Shown one piece after another: positions 22,601-34,446 of a DNA stretch of 64,000 bases. Source of the DNA: Macrostomum hystrix (Eukaryota; Animalia; Platyhelminthes); assembly GCA_950097015.1 (NCBI GenBank), contig CATNEN010000039.1, positions 20,150,001 through 20,214,000 of the forward strand. Reading direction: 5' to 3'. The notes beneath the pieces are model-generated. The model was not told the origin of the DNA. It searched no databases and saw only the letters and a list, made by a program, of their open reading frames with translations. Each line of letters begins with the position of its first letter. The stretch's first letter is position 1. The position numbers and the translations under genes were made by a program.

Positions 22601-23366
22601 TCCAAACCTTCAGTATTAGACTCCAAACCTTCAGTATTAGACTCAAAACCTTCAGTATTAGACTCAAAACCTTCAGTATTAGACTCCAAATCTTCAGTAT
22701 TAGACTCAAAATCTTCAGTATTAGACTCCAAACCTTCAGTATTAGACTCCAAACCTTCAGTATTAGACTCAAAATCTTCAGGACTAGTCTCAGGAAAGAC
22801 ATTTAATCCTTGTATAATTCCCAATCCCGCAGGGCAAGTCCACATTGTTAAAGATCATCTTGGGCGAGCTGACTCCAACCAAAGGCATTCGTCACGCTCA
22901 TCGCAGCCTCCGCATCGGGTATTTCTCGCAGCACTTTGTTGACCAGCTGGACCTAGACACCACCCCGGTGGAGTTCATGGCGCGCACATTTCCCGGCCAG
23001 CCGCAGGAGGCCTACAGGCAGTTGCTGGGCCAGTTTGGCGCTGGTGGCGACTTGGCTTTGCGCCAGATTCGCCTGCTGTCCGGAGGTCAGAAATGTCGAG
23101 TCGCATTCGCCGTCATCGCGGCTAGCAGGCCGAATTTTTTAGTGCTTGACGAGCCAACCAATCACCTGGATGTGCAGACTATCAAGGCTCTGGGCGACGC
23201 TTTGAATGCATTCAATGGCGGAGTTGTTTTGGTGTCTCACGATGAACGATTGATTAAGATGATCTGCAGCGAGCTGTGGCTTGTGGCTGACGGTCTAGTG
23301 CGCACTATTGAAGGCGGCATTGAAGCCTACAGGCGCCTGGTTGAGAAGGAACTCGAACTGGCTTGA
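10653..23366 (+). CDS. ABCF3: ATP-binding cassette sub-family F member 3 (GCN20-like), about 731 aa
   Basis: Exons 10653-11204, 14877-15134, 19540-19835, 20773-21328, 22833-23366, phase-consistent. Walker A GRNGLGKTT and GENGQGKST, signatures FSGGWRMR and LSGGQK, Walker B LLLLDEP and FLVLDEPTNHLD, linker FIDRFRYNANRASQVQSRIK; no TM segments. Confidence 0.95.
11917..12229 (-). mobile_element. SINE family B (tRNA-derived, CORE-like), most complete copy
   Basis: Sense: GGGAGTTGTAGCCTAGT...GGTTCGATTCCC, then TGTGTCCTTTAGCAAGACACTGAAC...CAGTTTACCCATCTGTTTAATGGG, GC-rich tail and (TTA)n. Confidence 0.85.
13498..14016 (-). other. Unassigned coding-like segment with an in-frame 117-bp tandem duplication, inside ABCF3 intron 1
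   Basis: GC-rich 172-codon open frame; 13500-13611 repeated at 13617-13728 with one mismatch. No recognisable family. Confidence 0.35.
14068..14640 (-). mobile_element. Non-LTR retrotransposon (RTE-like) fragment: APE C-terminus and linker
   Basis: RGTWRNSSNLKWYELDGFLI and WKEITNIIVESARKICG...SW resemble the end of APE endonuclease and the linker of RTE-type ORFs; no RT. Confidence 0.7.
15144..15360 (-). repeat. 3' LTR (217 bp)
   Basis: Identical by eye to 19250-19467 except for a G10 versus G11 run. Confidence 0.97.
15464..19249 (-). CDS. Gag-Pol polyprotein (Gag with zinc knuckles, protease, RT, RNase H, integrase)
   Basis: CKYCGGSHHAGKC and CSKCSKRNHFAAVC; VDTGAS; KIDLRSAYWQ and IYQDD; TTDAS...EREALA...TDH; HDTH...CAAC, HMDW...VVSDNG...GAAERAV. 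Order PR-RT-RH-IN is Gypsy-type. First ATG at 19249. Confidence 0.96.
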   Translation of the reverse strand: MASRLGDLFLGDADRALMWLKAFNALARAKKWTDSTESRQVADNFLASCGLPALEKLTHLVAPKEIDKLTFQEIETALVSYLQPQKRLIVAERTDFFSIRQKAAEPIADYLARLRKAATHCAFDSLKDCASPAEELVRLTLISGLYNPEHQRRILGAMQTKDQTISEIVDLIRSCEQINTFVQTCNSFKPPVGPAGPLSPPAQHNAATDESVHYSKGGRPTSNGQRIEGCKYCGGSHHAGKCPAYGKTCSKCSKRNHFAAVCRSALTSKSVHHADVPSDASMTPEPSKILHLMDVDLVNAIEVASETLLVDGAKVPMQVDTGASVSVLSSTIWESLGRPPLQKSHRRLEAYDGHTLKTLGKLCSTVEMRGRLHPAEFVVVSSLKPFGLLGRDLLDSDSLFHTNSQAPSPTVAATTLPTIKGIKAQMELVEGARSQFCRARPVPIALEKQVNAELDRLQQLGIIEPVEGPVSNASPVVWIKKKDGTLRMCADYKVHVNDKIKPESYPIPSIEHLFGKLKNAKKFAKIDLRSAYWQIELDESAQGISIINTSRGLYRVKRLQMGMKNASFIFQRTMESILSDLKGLLIYQDDIMVYAENVEALQKRLKAVKTRLAEKKVTVNEDKCTGICDSISFLGLEISAAGIRPDDKLVDKVRHISTPKTKKEIEQFLGLVNFFGRLIPDYSAKVAPLNELRKASTPFVWSEACARAFENLKKEISSRPIVQPYSLEKEVTLTTDASKGALAGVVTQEGRPVIFISRTLSKAETNYSNIEREALAIFWAVCRLKHYLQGRRFTVQTDHQPLLRLFGGSIPMSSSARISRWALYLMQFDFSVVYVPGSRIPHADALSRLPFDNDNQDPADAFEAINSVAFESPTINPRRIASELDSDPLLQRIIRRVRNGDWHNCTQAEAAFKRNAAALTIENGLLYMHRRAFIPPRLRKEAFDAIHDTHSGTSASYHLLELSCWWPGMQRDVERFVRQCAACSSLRPRLQKSRDAWPPADAPFQRIHMDWAFVPEVGNILIVVDSYSGWIEAFPSRDRTADRVICSLRTVFTRFGVPEVVVSDNGPEFTSDALLSWLHANGARKMETPPYSPQSNGAAERAVQTVKRALQAWTQKLTHSDFIAFLQKVLLHHRNSSGARSKTPAELVFGRRLRVPVVSAFQQGDQVVYKATDHTPSRGAEFLMTQGRNTSWLLTDDKLRLASNNQIAPMLSRTSEDDEDESLEPPADMPPNETPTPPAPVADQVPRRGDRNRRQPDRYTP
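19250..19467 (-). repeat. 5' LTR (218 bp)
   Basis: Direct repeat of 15144-15360, followed on the sense strand by the PBS. Confidence 0.97.
19893..20580. repeat. Two adjacent minisatellites in ABCF3 intron 3: 26-bp (tcgctaccaatcctcaaatcccaatc) then 19-bp (gactcccaaatcccatcct)
   Basis: Tandem copies at about 19893-20370 and 20410-20580, decaying towards the acceptor. Confidence 0.9.
21388..22780. repeat. 21-bp minisatellite (cttcagtattagactccaaac), about 66 copies, ABCF3 intron 4
   Basis: Near-perfect tandem array with 3-4 interspersed variants. Confidence 0.97.
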
Positions 23367-23574
23367 GCTTGCCTGTGCTAATTTATCTACTCGCCTGTTG
23401 TTGTTTGGTTGTTAGGCTCAGGCTCGAGATCTGTTGCTAGGCCATTGATTTTGTTGTTATGCTGAAAAGCAAGACTTCTGGACTAGGCTTGAATATCGGT
23501 TGTTAAGACATAAGACTAGGTTGTTAGGACAAGATATTTGTTGCTAGGCTATTTGGTTTAGAACTTGCTAGACT

Positions 23575-25335
23575 AATAGGACTCGGTTGCTAGGCTAATA
23601 ATACTCGGTTGCTAGGCTAAGCGATTCGGTTGCTAGTCTAAGTGATTCGGTTGCTAGGCTAAGCGATTCGGTTGCTAATCTAAGCGATTCGGTTGCTAGT
23701 CTAAGTGATTCGGTTGCTAATCTAAGCGATTCGGTTGCTAGGCTAAGCGATTCGGTTGCTAATCTAAGCGATTCGGTTGCTAGTCTAAGTGATTCGGTTG
23801 CTAATCTAAGCGATTCGGTTGCTAGGCTAAGCGATTCGGTTGCTAGTCTAAGTGATTCGGTTGCTAGGCTAAGCGATTCGGTTGCTAATCTAAGCGATTC
23901 GGTTGCTAGTCTAAGTGATTCGGTTGCTAATCTAAGCGATTCGGTTGCTAGGCTAAGCGATTCGGTTGCTAATCTAAGCGATTCGGTTGCTAGTCTAAGC
24001 GATTCGGTTGCTAGGCTAAGCGATTCGGTTGCTAGGCTAAGCGATTCGGTTGCTAGTCTAAGTGATTCGGTTGCTAGTCTAAGTGATTCGGTTGCTAGTC
24101 TAAGTGATTCGGTTGCTAATCTAAGTGATTCGGTTGCTAGGCTAAGCGATTCGGTTGCTAATCTAAGTGATTCGGTTGCTAGGCTAAGCGATTCGGTTGC
24201 TAATATAAGTGATTCGGTTGCTAGGCTAAGCGATTCGGTTGCTAGGCTAAGCGATTCGGTTGCTAGTCTAAGTGATTCGGTTGCTAGTCTAAGTGATTCG
24301 GTTGCTAGTCTAAGTGATTCGGTTGCTAATCTAAGTGATTCGGTTGCTAGGCTAAGCGATTCGGTTGCTAATCTAAGTGATTCGGTTGCTAGGCTAAGCG
24401 ATTCGGTTGCTAATATAAGTGATTCGGTTGCTAGGCTAAGCGATTCGGTTGCTAGGCTAAGCGATTCGGTTGCTAGTCTAAGTGATTCGGTTGCTAGTCT
24501 AAGTGATTCGGTTGCTAGTCTAAGTGATTCGGTTGCTAATATAAGTGATTCGGTTGCTAGGCTAAGTGATTCGGTTGCTAGTCTAAGTGATTCGGTTGCT
24601 AGGCTAAGCGATTCGGTTGCTAGGCTAATAAGACTCGGTTGCTAGGCTAAGCGATTCGGTTGCTAATCTAAGCGATTCGGTTGCTAGGCTAAGCGATTCG
24701 GTTGCTAGGCTAAGCGATTCGGTTGCTAGGCTAAGCGATTCGGTTGCTAGGCTAAGCGATTCGGTTGCTAATCTAAGCGATTCGGTTGCTAGGCTAAGCG
24801 ATTCGGTTGCTAGGCTAAGCGATTCGGTTGCTAATCTAAGCGATTCGGTTGCTAGGCTAAGTGATTCGGTTGCTAGTCTAAGTGATTCGGTTGCTAGGCT
24901 AAGCGATTCGGTTGCTAGTATAAGTGATTCGGTTGCTAGGCTAAGCGATTCGGTTGCTAGTCTAAGCGATTCGGTTGCTAATCTAAGCGATTCGGTTGCT
25001 AGTATAAGCGATTCGGTTGCTAATCTAAGCGATTCGGTTGCTAGGCTAAGCGATTCGGTTGCTAGGCTAAGCGATTCGGTTGCTAATCTAAGCGATTCGG
25101 TTGCTAGGCTAAGTGATTCGGTTGCTAGTCTAAGTGATTCGGTTGCTAGGCTAAGCGATTCGGTTGCTAGGCTAAGTGATTCGGTTGCTAGTCTAAGTGA
25201 TTCGGTTGCTAGGCTAAGCGATTCGGTTGCTAATATAAGTGATTCGGTTGCTAGGCTAAGCGATTCGGTTGCTAGGCTAATGAGACTCGGTTGCTAGGCT
25301 AAGCGATTCGGTTGCTAGGCCAAGCGATTCAGTTT
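23575..25335. repeat. 21-bp minisatellite (gcgattcggttgctaggctaa), about 84 copies, downstream of the ABCF3 stop
   Basis: Tandem array with degenerate precursors from about 23430. Confidence 0.97.
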
Positions 25336-25802
25336 CTACACTTTTATGGACTTGGAATTCTAGGGAAAAAAAATTTCTAATTTTATTTCGTTATAATTTT
25401 GTGTGGCTACTTAGCTTTGAATTCCACTGAGCTGTCATTGTGATGCCCCGTTCTGATATATTGTGATTTATTTTCTAAGGGGGCGTTTTAGTTAAAAATA
25501 ATGCTATAATTATATATCATGATGTTATTAAAAACTTTTCGGTTTCCGTTATCACTGTCCTGTGTTTTGGCAACTGTTTAAAACTCGCTGCTAATGATCT
25601 TTGTTTTTGTGCCTCCGTAAACACGCTACTGCCATCGTCCAGCAATAAGTAGTATTGTGAGAATTTTATTTATTTATATATTTTCCTATGCTGGTGTCTT
25701 GTTTCAGCTATTGCATGTTGCTATCCTGTTTCTGATTGATTCGTTTAACCGATCATCATCAGAGTTAGCCACCTTGCTTATCAAAGCTAGTTTTGTGCAA
25801 AT

Positions 25803-26402
25803 TTCTACTAGATTCCTGGGACTGGGATCTCTACTAGACTCTTGGGACTGGGATCTCTACTAGATTCCTGGGACTGGGATCTCTACTGGATTCCTGGGAC
25901 TGGGATCTCTACTAGATTCCTGGGACTGGGATCTCTACTAGACTCTTGGGACTGGGATCTCTACTAGATTCCTGGGACTGGGATCTCTACTGGATTCCTG
26001 GGACTGGGATCTCTACTAGATTCCTGGGACTGGGATCTCTACTGGATTCCTGGGACTGGGATCTCTACTGGATTCCTGGGACTGGGATCTCTACTAGATT
26101 CCTGGGACTGGGATCTCTACTGGATTCCTGGGACTGGGATCTCTACTAGATTCCCGAGACTGGGATCTCTACTAGATTCCTGAGACTGGGATCTCTACTG
26201 GATTCCTGGGACTGGGATCTCTACTGGATTCCTGGGACTGGGATCTCTACTGGATTCCTGGGACTGGGATCTCTACTAGATTCCTGGGACTGGGATCTCT
26301 ACTGGATTCCTGGGACTGGGATCTCTACTAGATTCCTGGGACTGGGATCTCTACTGGATTCCTGGGACTGGGATCTCTACTGGATTCCTGGGACTGGGAT
26401 CT
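25803..26402. repeat. 26-bp minisatellite (ctctactagattcctgggactgggat)
   Basis: About 23 tandem copies. Confidence 0.95.
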
Positions 26403-26789
26403 TGAAGTTCCGTCTCCTTCAGCCGCGAGTTTCAATAGGAAAATGCATTGTCTGCTAATTGTGTTAGGCTTGCTTCCTGATACCCTTCAGCATGCATTTA
26501 TGGCCTTTGCATATCGTGGCAAAGAATGTGCTAGTTGAATCAATTAAATTTAATTGAACAATCCGAAGTTTTTGATTGTTTATTTCTCTTAACAGCTTAG
26601 ATGAAGGAATTATAGAAAAGATTACTTCTCCTTGCTGCTGCCTAACTAACTGGAAATAAAAGTTTATGATTGTCTTTTTTAATTTACGCAGAGATTTAGC
26701 AAAGCTATACATTTGGGGCCTTCGTAATAAAATATGCATATAATTATTTTTTTAGTGGAATGCAATAGTGTCCACCGTCTTTTGATCCA

Positions 26790-27655
26790 CTCCAACAGCT
26801 CCCAATCCTCCCCAACAGCTCCCAATCCTCTCCAACAGCTCCCAATCCTCCCCAACAGCTCCCAATCCTCCCCAACAGCTCCCAATCCTCCCCAACAGCT
26901 CCCAATCCTCCCCAACAGCTCCCAATCCTCCCCAACAGCTCCCAATCCTCCCCAACAGCTCCCAATCCTCCCCAACAGCTTCCAATCCTCCCCAACAGCT
27001 CCCAATCCTCCCCAACAGCTCCCAATCCTCCCCAACAGCTTCCAATCCTCTCCAACAGCTCCCAATCCTCCCCAACAGCTCCCAATCCTCCCCAACAGCT
27101 TCCAATCCTACCCAACAGCTCCCAATCCTCCCCAACAGCTTCCAATCCTCCTCAACAGCTCCCAATCCTCCCCAACAGCTCCCAATCCTCCCCAACAGCT
27201 CCCAATCCTCCCCAACAGCTCCCAATCCTCCCCAACAGCTCCCAATCCTCCCCAACAGCTCCCAATCCTCCCCAACAGCTCCCAATCCTCCCCAACAGCT
27301 CCCAATCCTCCCCAACAGCTCCCAATCCTCCCCAACAGCTTCCAATCCTCCCCAACAGCTCCCAATCCTCCCCAACAGCTTCCAATCCAACCCAACAGCT
27401 TCCAATCCACCCCAACAGCTTCCAATCCTCCCCAACAGCTTCCAATCCTCCCCAACAGCTTCCAATCCACCCCAAGAGCTTCCAATCCACCCCAACAGCT
27501 TCCAATTCACTCCAAAAGCTTCCAATTCACTCCAAAAGCTTCCAATTCACTCCAACAGCTTCCAATTTACTCCAACAGCTTCCAATTTACTCCAACAGCT
27601 TCTAAATACATTCAAAAGCTTCCAATCCACACAGAAAGCTTCCGACAGCTTCCAA
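26790..27655. repeat. 20-bp minisatellite (cccaacagctcccaatcctc)
   Basis: About 43 copies, polar decay to the right. Confidence 0.95.
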
Positions 27656-28364
27656 TGATGGTTTTTATTTTGTCCTTTGTCGCCACCGTATCAAATAATC
27701 GTTGCCTTAGCTGATGTTCTGCATAAAATGTGCTACGGGCCAATCAGAGAAGCAGACCGATGCTGCAAATGTTACATTTTTTAACACGCGCGAAGCCTCT
27801 CTCTGCCTTGCATTTTTCGGCGCACTTTGACAAAGACAAGCTGTCTAGCCCAGATTTTAGGCCACTATTTATAAAAGAGGAGGGTGCTATACAGTTTACA
27901 GTGAAAAAAAACTAACTAACTATAATACCGAGCTAATCTCGATTTCTTATCTGGCTCAGCTGCGCTGCTGCTCCTGCTGCTGCTGCTTCTATTACTGTGC
28001 TTCAGTATTTTGATTTAGGAGCTTCAGTGCTTTGTCGGTCTTGTTTGATGTTGCCTGCTTTAACAAGCGTCCAAGCAGATTAACGAACCGCAAAACTGGT
28101 CCGTCTATTTTAGGACTGAAAAACATTGTGACTGGCGAACATGCTGACTGACTTTGTCAAAGCAAGCAGAATAGCGATTAAAGGACTAATTCTGGAGAGA
28201 GAGAAATCTAACTGTAAGCTGTCCCCGGCCTGAGAATGAGCTGGCGCTGCTTTATTCTTGGAAACACGCCTTTTAGAAAAGGAAAATTCCCTTTCTCCGT
28301 TACCCATCAGAAAGACCAATATTTATATGTGAATTCTCAGTTTACTTGTTATGCCTTAGACAAT

Positions 28365-28890
28365 GGCGGATGTGCCAGAGAACTCTCTGTTGCCTAGATC
28401 AGCCATAGACTACTAGCGGATGTGCCAGAGAACTCTCGGTTGCCTAGATCAGCCATAGACTACTAGCGGATGTGCCAGAGAATTCTCTCAGTTGCCTAGA
28501 TCAGCCATAGACTACTAGCGGATGTGCCAGAGAATTCTCTCAGTTGCCTAGATCAGCCATAGACTACTAGCGGATGTGCCAGAGAATTCTCTCAGTTGCC
28601 TAGATCAGCCATAGACTACTAGCGGATGTGCCAGAGAATTCTCTCAGTTGCCTAGATCAGCCATAGACTACTAGCGGATGTGCCAGAGAATTCTCTCAGT
28701 TGCCTAGATCAGCCATAGACTACTAGCGGATGTGCCAGAGAATTCTCTCAGTTGCCTAGATCAGCCATAGACTACGAGCGGATGTCCCATAGAGTTCTGC
28801 TAGTTGCCTAGATCAGCCATAGACTACTAGCGGATGTCCCATAGAGTTCTGCTAGTTGCCTAGATCAGACATTGGCTGCTAACGAATGTG
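28365..28890. repeat. 52-bp minisatellite (gcggatgtgccagagaattctctcagttgcctagatcagccatagactacta)
   Basis: About 10 tandem copies without spacers. Confidence 0.95.
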
Positions 28891-29404
28891 CCGTATTTCA
28901 AACGCCAGGTGTTTACAGTCTCTTGGCAATTGTAATTTACAATCTCACCATTAATCTACGAGCTAGCTTGCGTCCCTAGTGACACAGCCACTCTGCTAGC
29001 TTTTATTGTGAGATCTCAACAGCCCTTGAACTCATAATTCAATTCAGGCAAAGTCGCTAGCTTTGCTGGTAATAAAACTGATCGTCCTGCAGTTAATTTT
29101 CGCATAAGTGGAGCGAAGCTCAGAGATTTTTAATTTACTGCCCCGCCGCAACCCACCACCCGAGTCCAAGAATAACATCGCGCCACCACAGAACATTCGA
29201 ATTCGAAGTTATAATAAATTACAACAGCTTATAGGAGCTTTGAGAAATTGGCGAAATCACTCAATCTGTGTGGCGCACACCAGCTGCTTATCGGCAGTTT
29301 TTACAGTTTTAAGACTCACCAGCGCACGTGTCTTATCATTCTAATTGAACCAGATTAGCTTTTATTATGAGAAAGTATGCCCGGTATATATACATGACTC
29401 TGCT

Positions 29405-31500
29405 CCTATCCCTCATTCCCTCATGCCGATATGCCATCCTTCATTCCCTCATTCCGATATGCCATCCTTCATTCCCTCATGCCGATATGCCATCCTTCAT
29501 TCCCTCATTCCGATATGCCATCCTTCATTCCCTCATGCCGATATGCCATCCCTCATTCCTCATCCTTCATTCCACCATTCCTCATCCTTCATTCCTCATC
29601 CTTCATTCCTCATCCTTCATTCCTCATCCTTCATTCCACCATTACTCATCCTTCATTCCACCATTCCTCATCCTTCATTCCACCATTCCTCATCCTTCAT
29701 TCCCTCATGCCGATATGCCATCCTTCATTCCCTCATGCCGATATGCCATCCTTCATTCCCTCATCCTTCATTCCACCATTCCCCATCCTTCATTCCCTCA
29801 TGCCGATATGCCATCCTTCATTCCACCATTCCTCATCCTTCATTCCACCATTCCTCATCCTTCATTCCCTCATCCTTCATTCCACCATTCCTCATCCTTC
29901 ATTCCACCATTCCCCATCCTTCATTCCACCATTCCTCATCCTTCATTCCCTCATCCTTCATTCCACCATTCCTCATCCTTCATTCCACCATTCCCCATCC
30001 TTCATTCCCTCATCCTTCATTCCACCATTCCTCATCCTTCATTCCCTCATCCTTCATTCCACCATTCCCCATCCTTCATTCCCTCATCCTTCATTCCACC
30101 ATTCCCCATCCTTCATTCCCTCATCCTTCATTCCACCATTCCTCATCCTTCATTCCCTCATCCTTCATTCCCTCATCCTTCATTCCACCATTCCTCATCC
30201 TTCATTCCCTCATCCTTCATTCCACCATTCCTCATCCTTCATTCCCTCATCCTTCATTCCACCATTCCCCATCCTTCATTCCCTCATCCTTCATTCCACC
30301 ATTCCCCATCCTTCATTCCCTCATCCTTCATTCCCTCATCCTTCATTCCACCATTCCTCATCCTTCATTCCCTCATCCTTCATTCCACCATTCCTCATCC
30401 TTCATTCCCCATCCTTCATTCCCTCATGCCGATATGCCATCCTTCATTCCCTCATCCTTCATTCCACCATTCCCCATCCTTCATTCCCTCATGCCGATAT
30501 GCCATCCTTCATTCCACCATTCCTCATCCTTCATTCCACCATTCCTCATCCTTCATTCCCTCATCCTTCATTCCACCATTCCTCATCCTTCATTCCACCA
30601 TTCCCCATCCTTCATTCCACCATTCCTCATCCTTCATTCCCTCATCCTTCATTCCACCATTCCTCATCCTTCATTCCACCATTCCCCATCCTTCATTCCC
30701 TTATCCTTCATTCCACCATTCCTCATCCTTCATTCCCTCATCCTTCATTCCACCATTCCCCATCCTTCATTCCCTCATCCTTCATTCCACCATTCCCCAT
30801 CCTTCATTCCCTCATCCTTCATTCCACCATTCCTCATCCTTCATTCCCTCATCCTTCATTCCCTCATCCTTCATTCCACCATTCCTCATCCTTCATTCCC
30901 TCATCCTTCATTCCACCATTCCTCATCCTTCATTCCCTCATCCTTCATTCCACCATTCCCCATCCTTCATTCCCTCATCCTTCATTCCACCATTCCCCAT
31001 CCTTCATTCCCTCATCCTTCATTCCCTCATCCTTCATTCCACCATTCCTCATCCTTCATTCCCTCATCCTTCATTCCACCATTCCCCATCCTTCATTCCC
31101 CATCCTTCATTCCCTCATCCTTCATTCCACCATTCCCCATCCTTCATTCCCTCATCCTTCATTCCACCATTCCTCATCCTTCATTCCCTCATCCTTCATT
31201 CCCTCATCCTTCATTCCCTCATCCTTCATTCCCTCATCCTTCATTCCCTCATCCTTCATTCCCTCATCCTTCATTCCCTCATGCCGATATGCCATCCTTC
31301 ATTCCCTCATTATGATATGCCATCCTTCATTACCTCATTATGATATGCCATCCTTCATTCCCATCCTTCATTCCTCATCCTTCATTTCCCCATTTTTCAT
31401 TCCTCATCCTTCATTCCCTCATCCTTCATTTCCCTATTTTTTCATTCCCCATCCTTCATTCCCTTATCCCTCATTCCCCTATTTTTCATTCCCCATCCTT
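29405..31500. repeat. Complex modular satellite built on catccttcattc
   Basis: Modules catccttcattccct, caccattcct/cc and catgccgatatgc in variable order. Confidence 0.95.
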
Positions 31501-32322
31501 CTAACTCACATGATCCAGTTATTTTATATTTTCTATTAGAGCTTACTTTCAGACGGTAAAAAGATCAACAAATGAAGGCATTGGCGTCTCTGAAGATTTC
31601 AAAGAAATAACAATCACGCCTAAACTGTGTGACTCACTATTTGTGAGTTCGTTTACTTTCACAATACGACTGTAATAAGAGAAAATAAAATAATTTTTCA
31701 ACAGTTTACCGAAACATTAGAAAAAATCGGCGATACCTAACGGGAATTTAACGAATACAAAAATTGACAAATCAAACTGACGCAGAAAACTTTGAAAAAT
31801 CATTACCATTACACTTTATGACTAAAAGTCAGAAAGCGTTACCCAAATAATTGAATAACGATATACATGTAGAACTGAAACATGGGAAGACGTTGTTCAT
31901 TAAGATTTTTACTAGTATAAATTGAATTCTTCATCAGAATTGAACCAACACTTGCACGAAGCAATACTTATCGCTCTACGCGCATTTTGGCAAAAAAGAT
32001 CGTTACTATTGTCGATTGAAACTGTTGAATGTCAACGACAAGAACAAAGTACTTGATGTCATATACATTAGCAGTAGAATGTACAATTCATGTACTCGCA
32101 ATGTGCATATTGTGTGTACGCATAGTCAGGCTAAACTAAAACAAGTTTATGTCAATGGCAGAAAATGCTTTTGTTAAAAACAAACTGATTATTGTGAGCT
32201 TTTCCAGGGAGGTCTCGACGTAAGTGCTAGTTTTAGAAGCCCTTGGCTTTGTCTAGCAAATAAAAATCATGAAGATAGATTGGTAATTTCTGGCGCATTT
32301 CAACTATTTGTAACTACCACAG

Positions 32323-33155
32323 ATTTCTTTAAATTCTGATGGATTTGGGATTAAGAATTCTGAGGGATATGGGATTATAAGAATTCTGATAAATATAGTA
32401 TTATAAGAATTCTGAGGGATATGGGATTATAAGAATTCTGATGGATTTGGGATTATAAGAACTCTGATGGATTTGGGATTATAAGAATTCTGATGGATTT
32501 GGGATTATAAGAACTCTGATGGATTTGGGATTATAAGAATTCTGAGGGATATAGTATTATAAGAATTCTGATGGATTTGGGATTATAAGAATTCTGATGG
32601 ATTTGGGATTATAAGAACTCTGATGGATTTGGGATTATAAGAATTCTGATGGATATGGGATTATAAGAATTCTGATGGATATGGGATTATAAGAATTCTG
32701 ATGGATATGGGATTATAAGAATTCTGATGGATTTGGGATTATAAGAATTCTGAGGGATATGGGATTATAAGAATTCTGAGGGATATGGGATTATAAGAAT
32801 TCTGATAAATATAGTATTATAAGAATTCTGATGGATTTGGGATTATAAGAATTCTGATGGATTTGGGATTATAAGAATTCTGATGGATTTGGGATTATAA
32901 GAATTCTGGTGGATTTGGGATTATAAGAATTCTGATGGATTTGGGATTATAAGAATTCTGATGGATTTGGGATTATAAGAATTCTGATGGATTTGGGATT
33001 ATAAGAATTCTGAGGGATATGGGATTATAAGAATTCTGATGGATATGGGATTATAAGAATTCTGATGGATTTGGGATTATAAGAACTCTGATGGATTTGG
33101 GATTATAATAATTCTGATGGATTTGGGATTATAAGAATTCTGGTGGATTTGGGAT
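32323..33155. repeat. 26-bp minisatellite (aagaattctgatggatttgggattat)
   Basis: About 31 copies, ending about 100 bp from the teashirt stop codon. Confidence 0.95.
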
Positions 33156-33255
33156 CTTTAGAATCCAAGCAACAGAAACCCAGCAAAACCAGCTTGTTCT
33201 CGGAAGTCAGAGTCAAATCTTACAGTTTCCATTTGCTGGCACAAATCAGCACAAA

Positions 33256-33628
33256 TCAGGAAGCGAATTGAGAGGCCGAGGATGACACTGTGGACGAAGC
33301 CGAGTCTCCTGCGCCACTGGCCGCTGACGCCGCAGCAGCAGCTGCCGCCGCTGCTGCAGCCGCCCGAAGGCAGTCGAATGGCGAAGCGTCCGGCCTCGAC
33401 AATGGATTCAGCCCAGCAGCGGCCGCCGCCGCAGCCGCAGCCCGGAGGCCCGGATGCGCCATCGGCGACTGGAGGCACTGGGCCGCCGCCGCCGCCGCCG
33501 TTGAAGGGAATGTTGTCAGGAGCCGGGGACACTTGCCCTTACTCACGTGCAGGCGCACCTGGCCTTTGTTAGCGAACGGCTTGCCGCAGTAATGACACCT
33601 GGCTCGTTTCTGCAGCCCGCCCGCCGCA

Positions 33629-33681
<53 letters not shown>

Positions 33682-34413
33682 TGTTACAGTTGATGCAGAA
33701 GTTTGGTGTAGAGTCGGCGTCTCAAGTTTTACAACCTGCTGCTGTTGCTGTTTTTTTTTCCTGTCTGCAGAGGCTGCCTGATTTGACGCTACAGATGACG
33801 ATGCTGATGAGGACCTGCTGGCTGCTGACGAGGCCGGCTGGCACAGCGGATGATACAGCGGGCTCAGAAGCAGGCCACCATGGTTAGCTGTTGCAGGTGT
33901 CTGCTGCTGCTGCTGCTGCTGCTGCTGTTTCCAATCCGGAGCCGACGCCGGCCGGATCCTCGGGCTGTGGAGCCTGGCCGGAACGGCTCGCTCAGCCGTG
34001 TCCACCAGGCGCTGCAGCGAACTCAGAGGATCCGGCGCCGATGCTCCATTGGCTTTCATTGCTGTCGATGACATTGTGAATGATGGTGTCAATAAAGATA
34101 GGCCACAACCGTTAATTGACGCAGTCGGTGGCGCTGACGGACTGGCAGCCCTGTCCGGGCTGAGATAGTCGCCACGTATTGATATTGGCGATAGCGGCTC
34201 CTGCTTTAGCTGCGCTTGTGATGTCAGCGGAGCTGGTGACGGCTTCCGGATCTGCGGCTCGGGTTCCACGCGAAGGCTGGCCTCCACGAACTGTTTCATC
34301 TTTTCTAAAGTGCTCTGTTGCTGCTGCTGCTGCTGCTCTGAAGCAGAATCTGCCTCGGTCACCTCCGCTGTAGCCAAGCGGCGTCGCTTCTGCTGCGGAA
34401 ACTGTGGCGACGC

Positions 34414-34446
<33 letters not shown>

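Noticed and set aside
21168-22845. Long minus-strand ORFs (LILKVWS and TEGLESN repeats)
   Set aside because: Translations of a stop-free 21-bp array lying inside a well-supported ABCF3 intron.
28365-28890. 52-bp array as a CRISPR array (likewise the 36-bp array at 52818 and the 32-bp arrays)
   Set aside because: Units are contiguous with no unique spacers, there are no cas genes, and the DNA is eukaryotic.
26679-31539. Long Pro/Ser/His-rich and Gly/Trp-rich ORFs
   Set aside because: Open in several frames because the repeat units lack stops; no unique coding context.
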